64,000 bases of DNA from an uncultured Actinomycetota bacterium (GCA_963726575.1 CAVSCR010000007.1:193948-257947), one strand, 5' to 3'. Counted from the stretch's first letter, positions 49,940 to 60,092 are shown. Numbers and translations: made by a program. Notes: generated by a model from the letters alone, not told the origin.

Positions 49940-52642
49940 CTATCGATTGAGTCCGAACAGCTGATGGCCGTTGCCCATGGCCGCCTGTAACACCGCGTTG
50001 AGATCTACGGCGGCAGGGTCAAGGGGCTCAGGGTCACCGAGCCTCTGCCGGGCCTCACCTGTCGCCGAGCGCAGGGCACCGGTTGGGTCCGTCATTGTCG
50101 CGGCGAAGCCATCTTGGTTTTCGGTCGCAGCCGTGACGGCGTCGAAGACGCGAAGCGCTCGGTCTCGTTCGCCATTCTTGATGAGAAGCAGCGCTAAGGC
50201 GCCGCACAGACTGTCGATGCGCACGTATTCGACTCCGCCACAACATCGGAGGGCCTCCTGGAGGACCGCGCGGGCGTCCACGTCGTCCCCTGCGGCGAGA
50301 GTTACGCTCGCGAGGCCGCACAGCGAAAAGGCGCGGGCCCAGGCCGCGGCGCGAGCACGCGCCAGTGAGGCGGCTTCCGTGAACATGCTCCGCGCCGTGG
50401 CGAGATCTCCGCGCTCGAGTTGGACCCGGGCACCGACCGTGAGCGCATATGCCACTGCCTCTTCGTCGTTTCGGCGCCGCCCGATGCTCGCAAACTCGTC
50501 TGCGCAGCGTTGCGCCTCGTCGATGGCGCCGCTGTAGAGGTGCCCGTAGCAGATCGTCATCAGCGCCCAGTTCTCGACGACGGTCTGACCCGCACCGCGG
50601 GCGAGCATCACCGCACGATCGAGGATCACAAGCGCGAGCGGCAGGGAACCAGGTGCTAGAAGAGTCCCCCACGCCGTCTGGAAGCTCGGCAGGAAGTCTC
50701 GCTCGCCAGCGTTCTCGAGCACGTCGCAAGCAGCTTCGAGATCCGGGGCAGCTTCCGGGTCGAGCAAGGTCGCGCGCGCCCAGGACCAGACTCCTAGCGC
50801 CAGCGCCGCGCGCTGCGGATCGGCCGAGCGGGGCAGCGCTTTCAAGAGCTCATAAGTGGCGAGCACATCCGCCGTCCGGGCGTAGCTGATCATCAGCGCC
50901 ACGCCGAATCTGATGAACAACTGCCAGGCGAGCTCACAGTCGCCATCGGCGCTCGCGGCGAAGCGAAGCGCCAGCCGTGCCCCCGGCTCCTCAGTCGCGA
51001 TGCGCTCGTGGGCGGCCTGCCGCGTCTGGGCGTTCATCAGGTCCTTGTGCTCAGCGGTGAGGAACTGGACGATCCATTCGCCGTGCCGGAGCCGTGCCGC
51101 GCGCTCCTCGCCGGCCGCGGCGACGTGTTCGCGGGCGAACTCGCGCACCGTCTCAAGCATGTGAAAGCGCGCCTCGTCGCGCAGTTCGGAGCGAACCAGC
51201 AGATTCTTCTCCACAAGCGAAGTCAGGCCGTCGAGAACGTCGAGCCCACTGTCGGCCACCACCGCAGCGGCCGCGTCCTCGGAGAAGCTGCCGGCAAAGA
51301 TGCCCAGGCGGCGGAAGAACACGCGCTCCTCGGGAGCTAGTAGGTCCAAGCTCCAATCGAGAGTGGCGCGCAACGTCTGGTGTCGCTCCGGAAGATCCTG
51401 CTTGCCCGCGCTGAGCAGCGACAGTGACTGGTGAAGGCGCGGAACCATGGCCTGGGGCGAGAGCACGCGCACCCGCGCGGCGGCAAGCTCGATGGCAAGG
51501 GGCAGTGCGTCGAGGAGCTGGCACACGTCGGCTACCGCTGCCTGGTTGTCGTCGTTGACAGCAAAGTCCGGCCGCACCCCGCGGGCACGCTCCTCGAAGA
51601 GCCTCATAGCGGGGGTGATCACCCCGCCGGTGTGGAAGGCGTGCGGCAGCGGCGGAACGAGGACCTCCCGCTCGCCTCGGATGTGCAGCGGTTCGCGGCT
51701 AGTGGCGAGGATCTTCAGGTGCAAACAAGCCCCCAGCAGCTTCGTGACGTCAGCTCTGGCTTCGAGAACTTGCTCGAAATTGTCGAGGACCAGGAGGGCA
51801 CGTCGGCCTCGCAGGAAGCCGAGCAGCAGCTTCTCCAGAATTGCGCCGGTCGGCGGCAGGGAGATCTCGAGGGTGGAGACGATGGTGGATACCACATCGC
51901 GCGCGTTGCGCACCCCGGCGAGGGGCACGTAGAAGACCCCGTCGCCAAACGAGGTACCGAGGGTGTTGGCCAAATGGATCGCCAGGCGCGTCTTGCCGGT
52001 ACCCCCGGGACCAGTGAGTGTGATCAGCCCGGTGTCCGAACGTTGAAGCAGCTCACTGACGAGCTCTACCTGCGGTGCTCGCCCGATCAGCTCCCCACGC
52101 TCTACCGGCGCGAGGCTGCGAGCCGGAGCATCGAGGGTGCGGTCCGCAATCGACTGGGTCGTAGCGTCGTCGTTCGTCGCCGTGAAGCGCTCGGTGAGCA
52201 TGAGCGCGAGGTCGTCTTCGACCAGATCCCTAAGCTCGGCAGCATCGGAGAACGGGCGGTAACTGACCTTGTCCTCGTCCTGGATACGGCGGATCAGATC
52301 CTCGAGCCGACCGTCGCGCGCGTCCGCGCGCTTGATGTAGATGAGTTTGGGCATCCGCTCAGCGAGCAAGTACTCGTCCTCGAGACCCGAGACCGTCTCG
52401 TTCGGCGCGACCCAACCGTAACGCTGCCAGTAGATGCCGATGAAGACGTCACTCTGCGCCAGGTACGCGCGATAGAGGTCGCGGGGCGGGTATGGACGAG
52501 CGCCCATCTCGAACATCACCGGCGTCAGGCGGATGCGCTGGATCGCTTCCTTGGTGGCCATGCGCTCGTCCGCGAGCTCCTGCAAGGTCGAGCTCACAAA
52601 GACGCGCAACCTCTGATCGGGTGTTCGGATCAACGTGGTCAT
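49940..52642 (-). CDS. DUF4062 - STAND P-loop NTPase - helical repeat protein
   Basis: RVFVSST..ER, DVFIGIYWQRYG, EDEY; Walker A GPGGTGKT, Walker B LVLDNFE, TSRE, ALPLAIELAA; Ala-rich TPR-like tail. Confidence 0.88.
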   Translation of the reverse strand: MTTLIRTPDQRLRVFVSSTLQELADERMATKEAIQRIRLTPVMFEMGARPYPPRDLYRAYLAQSDVFIGIYWQRYGWVAPNETVSGLEDEYLLAERMPKLIYIKRADARDGRLEDLIRRIQDEDKVSYRPFSDAAELRDLVEDDLALMLTERFTATNDDATTQSIADRTLDAPARSLAPVERGELIGRAPQVELVSELLQRSDTGLITLTGPGGTGKTRLAIHLANTLGTSFGDGVFYVPLAGVRNARDVVSTIVSTLEISLPPTGAILEKLLLGFLRGRRALLVLDNFEQVLEARADVTKLLGACLHLKILATSREPLHIRGEREVLVPPLPHAFHTGGVITPAMRLFEERARGVRPDFAVNDDNQAAVADVCQLLDALPLAIELAAARVRVLSPQAMVPRLHQSLSLLSAGKQDLPERHQTLRATLDWSLDLLAPEERVFFRRLGIFAGSFSEDAAAAVVADSGLDVLDGLTSLVEKNLLVRSELRDEARFHMLETVREFAREHVAAAGEERAARLRHGEWIVQFLTAEHKDLMNAQTRQAAHERIATEEPGARLALRFAASADGDCELAWQLFIRFGVALMISYARTADVLATYELLKALPRSADPQRAALALGVWSWARATLLDPEAAPDLEAACDVLENAGERDFLPSFQTAWGTLLAPGSLPLALVILDRAVMLARGAGQTVVENWALMTICYGHLYSGAIDEAQRCADEFASIGRRRNDEEAVAYALTVGARVQLERGDLATARSMFTEAASLARARAAAWARAFSLCGLASVTLAAGDDVDARAVLQEALRCCGGVEYVRIDSLCGALALLLIKNGERDRALRVFDAVTAATENQDGFAATMTDPTGALRSATGEARQRLGDPEPLDPAAVDLNAVLQAAMGNGHQLFGLNR

Positions 52643-53075
52643 TCCCGGGTCCCCCTCCGGGCACGCGCTGCGGTGCCCAGGGGCGACGGTCGTTGGCGAG
52701 TGGTGGCGCGTAGGGCCAGTGTCGGTTGCGTCTGGAGGGAGGCGTATTGGACGCTAGTGAGGAGATGGAGGAGTTCGTGCTGCTCGACGCTGGACGCCTC
52801 ACTCGAGATCACATCGCGCTCGCAGGTCTCGATCGAGGGCATGAACTCGTCGAGGACTACCCGGGCGGCCCGCGTGATGATCCTGCGGAGCCTGCGGCGG
52901 TCATCGAAGTGGTGCAGCCGTTCCATGAGTCCGCGCCTGTCCAGGGTGTCGCGGCTATCGAGGTCGTGGCCGGCTGATCAGAACACGCTGCTATCACCGT
53001 GGTTCCAGCGGCCGGCCGACGCCCTCGACGACGGCGAGGATCTTACGCGCGTTTCGAGAAGGCTGGTACGGACTG
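52639..53075 (-). pseudogene. Degraded MarR family regulator
   Basis: ARKILAVVEGVGRPLEP then TGA and frame break, resuming DTLDRRGLMERLHHFDDRR (winged helix DxR) and EQHELLHLL; 5' limit approximate. Confidence 0.7.
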
Positions 53076-53180
53076 GTCGTCAGGACATCCTCGTTGCGCT
53101 GGTCGCGACCTGCCAGCCGCTCGAACGCAACGCAGCTGGTCACCCCTGTATGTGCCGTTATCGATCGTTACCCTCGCGGC

Positions 53181-53282
53181 ATGGAATGGTCGCAAACGCG
53201 GGTGGTCGTGCTCAATGGACCCGGCAGTGTCGGTAAGGGTTCAGTCGCGACTGAACTGCAGCGGGTCCTGCCTGAGCCCTAG
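53181..53282 (+). pseudogene. N-terminal fragment of a chloramphenicol phosphotransferase-like P-loop kinase
   Basis: RVVVLNGPGSVGKGSVATELQRVLPEP then TAG after only 33 codons. Confidence 0.65.
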
Positions 53283-53722
53283 CCAGCCTTCTCCAGCGCC
53301 CTCCACTCCGCCACGTTGCTGACGTCGGTGGCGGCCTCGACCCGGTTCACGAGTGTGGTGGCGAACAGATAGTCCGCGAGGATTCGTTGGGCAAGCGTTC
53401 CGGAGCCGTGACCGTGTTTGCCCGGTAGCAGGGCCGCCCCGATGCGCATCGCACGACTTGCGCTCCTCGGTCCGTACTCGATGGCGTCGTAGGACACCAG
53501 CCCGACCAGATCCCCGTCAGCGATCACGGCGAGCATGCCGCTGTCGTCACTCAGACACCCGCACTCGTTGAACCAACGGTCGAGCGAGTTGCTTGCCGCA
53601 TAGCCGAAGAACTCGACGGAGTCCCCCCACGACGCGAACGTCCCCGCGAGCGTCGGAAGGTCTTCCGGAATCACCGCACGAAGCGTCACTGACTCGGTCA
53701 CGACCGACAGGGAACCATGCAT
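53279..53722 (-). pseudogene. RimJ/RimL-type GNAT acetyltransferase, 3'-truncated
   Basis: HGHGSGTLAQR, NRVEAATDVSNVAEWRALEKAG then TAG; the usual FxxEG tail is missing. Confidence 0.7.
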
Positions 53723-53771
53723 CGAACTCGCCGCGCGAGGTATTGCTTCGGGTCAGGGTGGTTCGCCGTTC

Positions 53772-54585
53772 TCACATGCGCAACATGGCCTGGAAGGTCA
53801 GTGCGGCCGAGCCGTTGGTAAGCGTCAACCGGTCGCCGTCGATGGCATAGGTCACGTCGCCGTGCAACACACTCTGAAGGGTGCGGTCCAGCGCATCGCC
53901 ACTGGTCGGGCAGGGGTGCGCCGCGCCGGAGACGGTCAGCTCGCCGATCGTGAGCGTTTGACCCGTCACGTCGTAGGTGGCCGTGTAGCTGTTGCAGCCC
54001 TGGACATCGAGAGTTCCACGGTTGAACTGCACCATCGCGGTGGTTCCGTCCGGGACGCTCGACGCGGTCTGCCCCTGGATGATCCCGTCCAGGCGCCACT
54101 GAGTGCCGTCCAACGGACAGGTCCGGAACGGCAGCTGACTCGTTGACGAGATCGACGTGGACGTCATTGGACGTGAGCGTGATCGCGTCGGCTGTGGCGA
54201 CGAGGCCAGGTGTGGACCCGAGGAGGTCTGCCCACCAACGTTCCTGCTTCATGAGTGCGGGCGAGCACGCCATCTCGGTCTGGCTCATCGGGCCATTGAG
54301 GACCAAGGTTCCGTCAGAGAACCCGCCGGGGGCCGACATCGTGTTGCATCCGGCAGACGCCGAGATCCCGTTGGCCGTGAACGACAGACGCAACTGTGAG
54401 CCCGGCGCCAAGCGAGGTCCGCCCGAGACGGAGCCGGCGCCGCTGGTGACGAAGGTCTGCCCTCCCAGATCAGGTGGGGTCGTACTCGGTGACCCGCCGC
54501 TCCCCGCCGAACTCGCGCCGCAACCGGTCAGGAGCAGGGCACCAGCCATCAACCAACCGACGTGTCGCCATCCCCGATCACTCAT
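53772..54585 (-). CDS. Lipoprotein with two META domains, split by a +1 indel near 54117
   Basis: Lipobox LLTGC; AGCN and TEMAC in first domain; PLDGTQW, QGCN, IDGDRLTL in the shifted frame. Confidence 0.8.
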
Positions 54586-54669
54586 GACGGTGCGACGAAG
54601 ACCGTCCACCGGTGGTTCCCGAGACCGGCAAGTTGCTGACCGATCGGACCAAGCTCGACTTCAACTACG

Positions 54670-55818
54670 TCAGGTGGCGAGGCGTTCGCGAATCACTTGA
54701 TGAGGTAGCGCTGGCGTCCAGTTGCCGTCGCGGCCGGTCATGTCGGCGTTGACCACCAGGGCATTGACGACGGCTTCCTCGACGGCCTGCACCGCGGCCG
54801 CGTAGAACGGATCCATGTGTCCCCAGGGAACGAACTCCAAGGATGCCAACGGGGTGTCGGTCACGTCTGGGAAATGACTGTCGAGCATCCCCGCGCCAGC
54901 CGTGGAGAACGCCAGGAAGATGTCACCGGAGAAGTGCCCGCCGGTCGTACCCGTGCGCGCCAGCCCCAGCGGGACGCGTCGCGCCAGCGCCGTGCACTGG
55001 CCCGGCAGCAACGGCGCGTCAGTCGCGATGACGACGATGACCGAGCCGGCACCGGCCGGAGCGGCACGCTCCACGTCTCGACGCCACCAACCTTCGTCGG
55101 ACAGAGGATTCGCAACGTCGACGTCGCCCATCTGGGCGCCGGCGATCTGCAGCTCCTCGCGGTCGCCGAAGTTCGCCTGCAGGAACGCTCCGACGTGGTA
55201 GGTGGATCCGCCGTGCCTAACGGCGCGGGAAGCAGTGCCACTCCCTCCCTTGAAGCCGTAGCAGTTCATGCCGGTGCCACCGCCCACTGAACCTTCGGCG
55301 ACAGCACCCGACCTGGCTGCATCGATGGCTGCGCCGGAGTGCTCGGCGCGCACGTGCTCGCCGTTGATGTCGTTGAGGTACCCGTCCCAGGTCTCCGCGA
55401 CCACTGGGAGCAACCACTGCATCGCCAGGTCGGGTCGGTTCGCCACGACCCAGTCGACGACACCTCGATGAACCGATCCGACGGCGTGCGTGTTCGTGAT
55501 CATGACCGGCGAGCTCAGGCCGCCGGTCTCGGACAGCCACGTGGTACCGGTCATCTCGCCATTGCCGTTGAGCGAGTACCACCCGGCCGGGCACGCCCGA
55601 CCGATTCCGTCTCGACCCCGCGGAAGGACCGCCGTCACGCCGGTGCGCACCGGACCGTGACCCACGACGAGGTCACCATCGCCCTCGATCAGCGTGACGT
55701 AGCCGACCTCGACGCATGGGACGTCGGTGATCGCGTTGTACGGACCGGGCTCCCCGGCGAAGGGGACGCCGAGGGCTCGGGCCCGAGGCTGTCCCGACGG
55801 TGAGTGATCGTTGCTCAT
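54670..55818 (-). CDS. DmpA-family (S58/P1) aminopeptidase
   Basis: NAITDV, RTGVT, NGNGEMTG, GGGTGM, GS autocleavage GAGSVIVVIATDAP, SGDIFLAFST. Confidence 0.93.
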   Translation of the reverse strand: MSNDHSPSGQPRARALGVPFAGEPGPYNAITDVPCVEVGYVTLIEGDGDLVVGHGPVRTGVTAVLPRGRDGIGRACPAGWYSLNGNGEMTGTTWLSETGGLSSPVMITNTHAVGSVHRGVVDWVVANRPDLAMQWLLPVVAETWDGYLNDINGEHVRAEHSGAAIDAARSGAVAEGSVGGGTGMNCYGFKGGSGTASRAVRHGGSTYHVGAFLQANFGDREELQIAGAQMGDVDVANPLSDEGWWRRDVERAAPAGAGSVIVVIATDAPLLPGQCTALARRVPLGLARTGTTGGHFSGDIFLAFSTAGAGMLDSHFPDVTDTPLASLEFVPWGHMDPFYAAAVQAVEEAVVNALVVNADMTGRDGNWTPALPHQVIRERLAT

Positions 55819-55851
55819 GGGGTCTCCCAGTCCGCGGTGGCACTGATCCTT

Positions 55852-56655
55852 TCAGCGCCGGCTGACGGCCTGCCACCAGGTCGGGAGGTCGGCCACGGAG
55901 TCCAGGACGACGTCGGGCGTGACGCCGCGCCCCAGGTCGGCCTCGGTGAACTTGCCCGTGCGCACCAGCACACCGCACAGCCCTGCCACCTGAGCCGCCT
56001 CGACGTCGCTGCGAATGTCGTCGCCGACCATGGCGACCTCGCTCAACGGTCGACCCACGTGGCGGGCTGCGGCGGCGAAGAAGGTGGGCGAGGGTTTGCC
56101 GGAGACGAGAGCTTGGCGATCGGTGGCGAATTCCAGGGCGCGCACGAACGGTCCGACGTCGAGCACGAGCCCATCGTGGTCGGCCCAGAACCGACTCATG
56201 CCGAGTGCGACGAACAGCGGCGCGGGCTGGCGCATGAGATGGCGGAATGCCTGGTTCATGAGCCGGAAGTCCCACGACTCGCCCAGATCCCCCACGACGA
56301 CCGCTGCGACGTCACCGTCGTAGTCGGGCGCAACGCTGCGAAGCGGCCCGAGGTCGTCAACCGACCCGGCCGGCAGGAAGGCGACAACCGGCTCGGCCTT
56401 CGTCTGCTCGATCAGCTCGCGCGCTGCAACCACGGGCGTCAGAATCTGTTCCTCCGTGACCGCGATACCCATGCGGGCGAGCTTGGCCGCCAGGAACGAG
56501 CGCGGATGCGAGGTGGTGTTCGTGACGAAGTGCATTGGTACGTCGCGCTCCGCCAGCCAGACGCACGTCTGCGCGCCGCCGGGGATCGGTTGATCCCCCA
56601 CGAAGAACACACCGTCGAGATCGAACAGCACTGCTGATGGCGAAGCCGCGCTCAC
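55852..56655 (-). CDS. HAD subfamily IIA hydrolase (LHPP-like)
   Basis: FDLDG, VTNTT, GKPSPTFF, MVGDDIRSDV, VRTGKF. Confidence 0.9.
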   Translation of the reverse strand: MSAASPSAVLFDLDGVFFVGDQPIPGGAQTCVWLAERDVPMHFVTNTTSHPRSFLAAKLARMGIAVTEEQILTPVVAARELIEQTKAEPVVAFLPAGSVDDLGPLRSVAPDYDGDVAAVVVGDLGESWDFRLMNQAFRHLMRQPAPLFVALGMSRFWADHDGLVLDVGPFVRALEFATDRQALVSGKPSPTFFAAAARHVGRPLSEVAMVGDDIRSDVEAAQVAGLCGVLVRTGKFTEADLGRGVTPDVVLDSVADLPTWWQAVSRR

Positions 56656-56712
56656 ACGTGCCTCCTCGCAGTCACTGCAGCCTCGGATCCGGCGGCTGGT
56701 TAGGGTCGAACT

Positions 56713-57501
56713 ATGCCCGACCAACGTGCACTCCTGTCCGAGCGCCTCGAACGAGCCCAACTCGCCCTCGACGGTCTCGTCGCCTCCGTGCGTGAGCTGC
56801 CGGATGAGCAGGTCATGGAGCCCTCGGCGTTGCCGGGGTGGACGCGCGGGCACGTGCTGACGCACGTCGCCCGAAATGCCGACGGCATGGCGAACTTGGC
56901 ACTGTGGGCGATCACGGGTGAGCCGACGCCGATGTACCCGTCGCGGGAGTCACGCGATGCCGACATCGAAGCCGGCGCCAAACGCTGCGCCGCCGACCTC
57001 GCCGCGGACCTGACCGAAAGCGGCGACCGCTTCGCGGGCGCATGGACCGGCGTCACCGCGCTGGACGACGCCGGCCTTCGCGCAGCACTCGGTCGCGCCA
57101 TGCACCTGGGAGCGCCGTCGCCGCACTCCCCGGCCATCACCGGAGTCACCGCGCCGCTGGCGAGGCGGCGCGAGATCGAGATCCATCGGGTCGACCTCGG
57201 GTTGCCCGGCTACACGGCCGACGACTGGCCGGCTGACTTCGCGATCGAACTGATCGACACAGTCGCGCCGACGCGCTCGAGCGACGACGGTCTCGGAGGC
57301 GTGGCGCGCTTGGTCGACGACGCCGGAGCAGCGTGGCAGTTGCGACCCGGCACTGACACGACCGGCGGCCTCACCCTGCAGGGACCCACATGGCTGCTGG
57401 CGACATGGCTGATCGGGCGTCCCGTCGACACATCTGCGCTGCTCGCCATCGACGAGCACGGAACCACCCGACAGGCACCCGAGCCGCCCGCCTGGACTTG
57501 A
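56713..57501 (+). CDS. Mycothiol-dependent maleylpyruvate isomerase family protein
   Basis: PSALPGWTRGHVLTHVARNA, MYPS, EIEIHRVDL, WLIGR. Confidence 0.9.
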   Translation: MPDQRALLSERLERAQLALDGLVASVRELPDEQVMEPSALPGWTRGHVLTHVARNADGMANLALWAITGEPTPMYPSRESRDADIEAGAKRCAADLAADLTESGDRFAGAWTGVTALDDAGLRAALGRAMHLGAPSPHSPAITGVTAPLARRREIEIHRVDLGLPGYTADDWPADFAIELIDTVAPTRSSDDGLGGVARLVDDAGAAWQLRPGTDTTGGLTLQGPTWLLATWLIGRPVDTSALLAIDEHGTTRQAPEPPAWT

Positions 57502-57530
57502 GGACTACGACAAGGTCTCGCGACGGACGT

Positions 57531-58757
57531 TCAAGCTCCTGGCCAGACGTGTCCGACGTCGGCTCGATAGCTGTTCACCCGCGGCAACATGCCGAGACCC
57601 GCTACACCGACCAGCTGCTCACCGCGTCGGTACCCAACGACGACCTCGTCAGTGATCTCGCCTTCGAGCACCTCGACACCGTCGTCGTCGGCAAGGTTCA
57701 GAGCGCCGTACGACTGCAGGCGGATCTCGTACTGGTCTGACCAGAACGCCGGGATCGGTTCGAACGCCGTGGCCAACACGTCGTCGTAGCCATCGCCACG
57801 CAGGTACGACGCTAGAGCAAGGCCGGCGCGCTTGCCGGTCTCGGTTGGCATGTTCCAGTGCTCCACGCGGCGCGGAACGTCGTCGAAGCGCGGGTTCGGG
57901 AACCGGGCCAGGTCGCCCACCACATGGACGCCGTCCACCGGCTTTCCGTCGGTCGTCAACACCCGCAATGCGTTGTCCGCCAGGACGCCGTCGCCGACGT
58001 CCAGACCGCTGTCCGCCAGCCACTCGGTGTTGCAATGGCTACTGATCGCCTCGACCACCACGTCGGCCGGCAACACGCTGCCGTCGGCCAGCTCGACTCC
58101 GGTGACGTGTGCGTCTCCGTGGAAGCCCACGATCCCGATGCCCAGATGGAACCGGACGCCCTTGGCCTCGTGCCGGCGTTGCATCTCCGCACCCAGCAGC
58201 GGTCCCAGTGGTCGCACCATCGGATAGGGGTCGATGGCCACGCACACGACCTCGCAGCCCAGCAGCCGTGCGGTGGCTGCCACCTCGCACCCGATGAAGC
58301 CCGCACCGAGCACCACCACGCGGGCGCCTGGCTGCAGCTGTGCGCGCAAGGCCGCCGCGTCGTCCAAGGTCCGGACGGCATGACGACCAGCCGTCGTAGT
58401 GGCAGGCGGACCGGGTAGATCGAGCCGCCGCGAGCGCAGCCCGGTGGCGATCACCAGGCCGTCGAAGCTCAGGCGATCACCGTCGGCCATCTGGACGACA
58501 TGGTCGGCCAAGTCCAGTGACTGCGCACCAGAGCCCAGCCGCCAGTCGACCTCCCCGAGGACGGCCCGGAGGGGGAAGGCCACCCGCTCGTGCTCGACCT
58601 CGGCGGCCAGCACCTCCTTGGACAGTGGCGGACGGTTGTACGGCATGTGGACCTCGGCACCCACCAGGGCGACCTCACCGGCGAAGCCCGACTTGCGGAC
58701 CCCTTCAGCTGCCCGCAGGCCGCCCATGCCAGCACCCACTACCACCACCCGCTGCAC
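57531..58757 (-). CDS. FAD-dependent ferredoxin reductase
   Basis: GAGMGG, YNRPPLSK, ATG, GAGFIGCE, RVEHW, FWSDQY. Confidence 0.93.
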   Translation of the reverse strand: MQRVVVVGAGMGGLRAAEGVRKSGFAGEVALVGAEVHMPYNRPPLSKEVLAAEVEHERVAFPLRAVLGEVDWRLGSGAQSLDLADHVVQMADGDRLSFDGLVIATGLRSRRLDLPGPPATTTAGRHAVRTLDDAAALRAQLQPGARVVVLGAGFIGCEVAATARLLGCEVVCVAIDPYPMVRPLGPLLGAEMQRRHEAKGVRFHLGIGIVGFHGDAHVTGVELADGSVLPADVVVEAISSHCNTEWLADSGLDVGDGVLADNALRVLTTDGKPVDGVHVVGDLARFPNPRFDDVPRRVEHWNMPTETGKRAGLALASYLRGDGYDDVLATAFEPIPAFWSDQYEIRLQSYGALNLADDDGVEVLEGEITDEVVVGYRRGEQLVGVAGLGMLPRVNSYRADVGHVWPGA

Positions 58758-58760
58758 GGA

Positions 58761-58955
58761 TCAGCCCTCGATCGTGATGGCTTGGACCGGGCAGGCGTCA
58801 GCGGCTTCCTCGACCTGGGCGCGGAACGCCTCGTCCGGCTCGTCCTGCAACACGAGAAGCTGGTTCGTGCCGGGGTCGATCAGGAACACCTCAGGAGACG
58901 CAAAGGCGCACTGCCCGTTGTCCTGGCACTTGTCCCTGTCGACGACGACCTTCAT
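58761..58955 (-). CDS. Ferredoxin, 3Fe-4S type
   Basis: CQDNGQC ... CPVQAI; RBS GGAGG. Confidence 0.92.
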   Translation of the reverse strand: MKVVVDRDKCQDNGQCAFASPEVFLIDPGTNQLLVLQDEPDEAFRAQVEEAADACPVQAITIEG

Positions 58956-59052
58956 CGACCCTCCGTTTCGGTGACTGCTGATTCTTGCGCATCCGTAGGA
59001 GGCAGCCAGCCACCGGTGGTGGCCGATGACGACCGGTTCGACCGGGGGTGAC

Positions 59053-59976
59053 CTAGTTCGACGTCACGAGCGAGCGCAGCGCTCCGGCGGACGCACTGTC
59101 ACTGAGTCGGTAGTCGCCACCAGGTCCCATCGGGGAGTCGAAGTAGGTAGCGAACTGTGCACCGTTGTTGTGCAGATACGTGCCGACCGCCTTGATCCAG
59201 GCGGCTCGCCCGGCGTAGTTGCCCTTCATGACCGTCGAGCCGTACTCGGCGACACCGAACGGCTTCCGTTGGGCACGGCTGAACTTGATCATCGTGTCGA
59301 ACATGCGCGACGGCGACTCGTACGGGCCGTCAGCGCTCTTGTTGTAGCAATCCCACCCGAGGACGTCGATCACCGATGACCCCGGGTAGTAGTCCGCGAA
59401 ATTGCGGTGCGAGAACTTGCTCAGCGTGTAGCACATCAGAATCAGCGTCGCGCGCAGGTTGGAGTGATGCGCCTTGGCAGCCAGCGCCGCTACGTGCTTC
59501 CAGGCTGCGCGGTACTGCGCAGCGGTGAACGCGTGCCTCTCGATGTCGTTCTCGGGCTCGTGGTAGTACGTCCACCAGATGGTCCGGTTCGTCGGCGCCG
59601 TCTTGAACCACTGCGTGAGCTGGGCATCGTGAGAGCCGTTCAAGATCTGGCTAGGCGGGATGTGGAACGAGACGATGACCGGTCGGTTCACCGAGCCGGC
59701 CGGGCCGGGCCACGGCGCGGGTGCGCCGGGGTAGAAGACCCGCACGACATCCATGTGGCCGTACTTGGAGTCCGCCCGGCTCACCGCCGAGGACCAGCTC
59801 GCCCCGTTCTGGTACACGCTGGCGCCGAAGCCGGTGAAGCCCGCCTTGGCCGTGGCAGCGCGTGAGGGTGGCGCGACAGTGGTGAGGGCAGCGACCGCCA
59901 ACCCCAGCAGCGCGACGAAGGCGAACATGAGGTGCCGGGGAAGCCGGCCGACGGTGCGGCCAACGGTAGAACGCAT
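59053..59976 (-). CDS. Secreted GH26-like glycoside hydrolase
   Basis: Signal peptide; YYHEPE (acid/base), YYPG, DVLGWDCYN, KPFGVAEYG (nucleophile). Confidence 0.75.
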   Translation of the reverse strand: MRSTVGRTVGRLPRHLMFAFVALLGLAVAALTTVAPPSRAATAKAGFTGFGASVYQNGASWSSAVSRADSKYGHMDVVRVFYPGAPAPWPGPAGSVNRPVIVSFHIPPSQILNGSHDAQLTQWFKTAPTNRTIWWTYYHEPENDIERHAFTAAQYRAAWKHVAALAAKAHHSNLRATLILMCYTLSKFSHRNFADYYPGSSVIDVLGWDCYNKSADGPYESPSRMFDTMIKFSRAQRKPFGVAEYGSTVMKGNYAGRAAWIKAVGTYLHNNGAQFATYFDSPMGPGGDYRLSDSASAGALRSLVTSN

Positions 59977-60092
59977 GAGTCAACTCCTGAAGGCGAAGGC
60001 CACGGCAAGATCACCACCGCGGCCCCGGGTGGTTGGTCAACGGACCAACCGGCCCCGGCGGCACGCTGCCGTTCGGGAGTTGGCCCTTCCCT

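Noticed and set aside
47981-54660. Intact mobile element or prophage
   Set aside because: Pseudogenes suggest an old accessory patch, but no integrase, transposase, tRNA anchor or terminal repeats are visible
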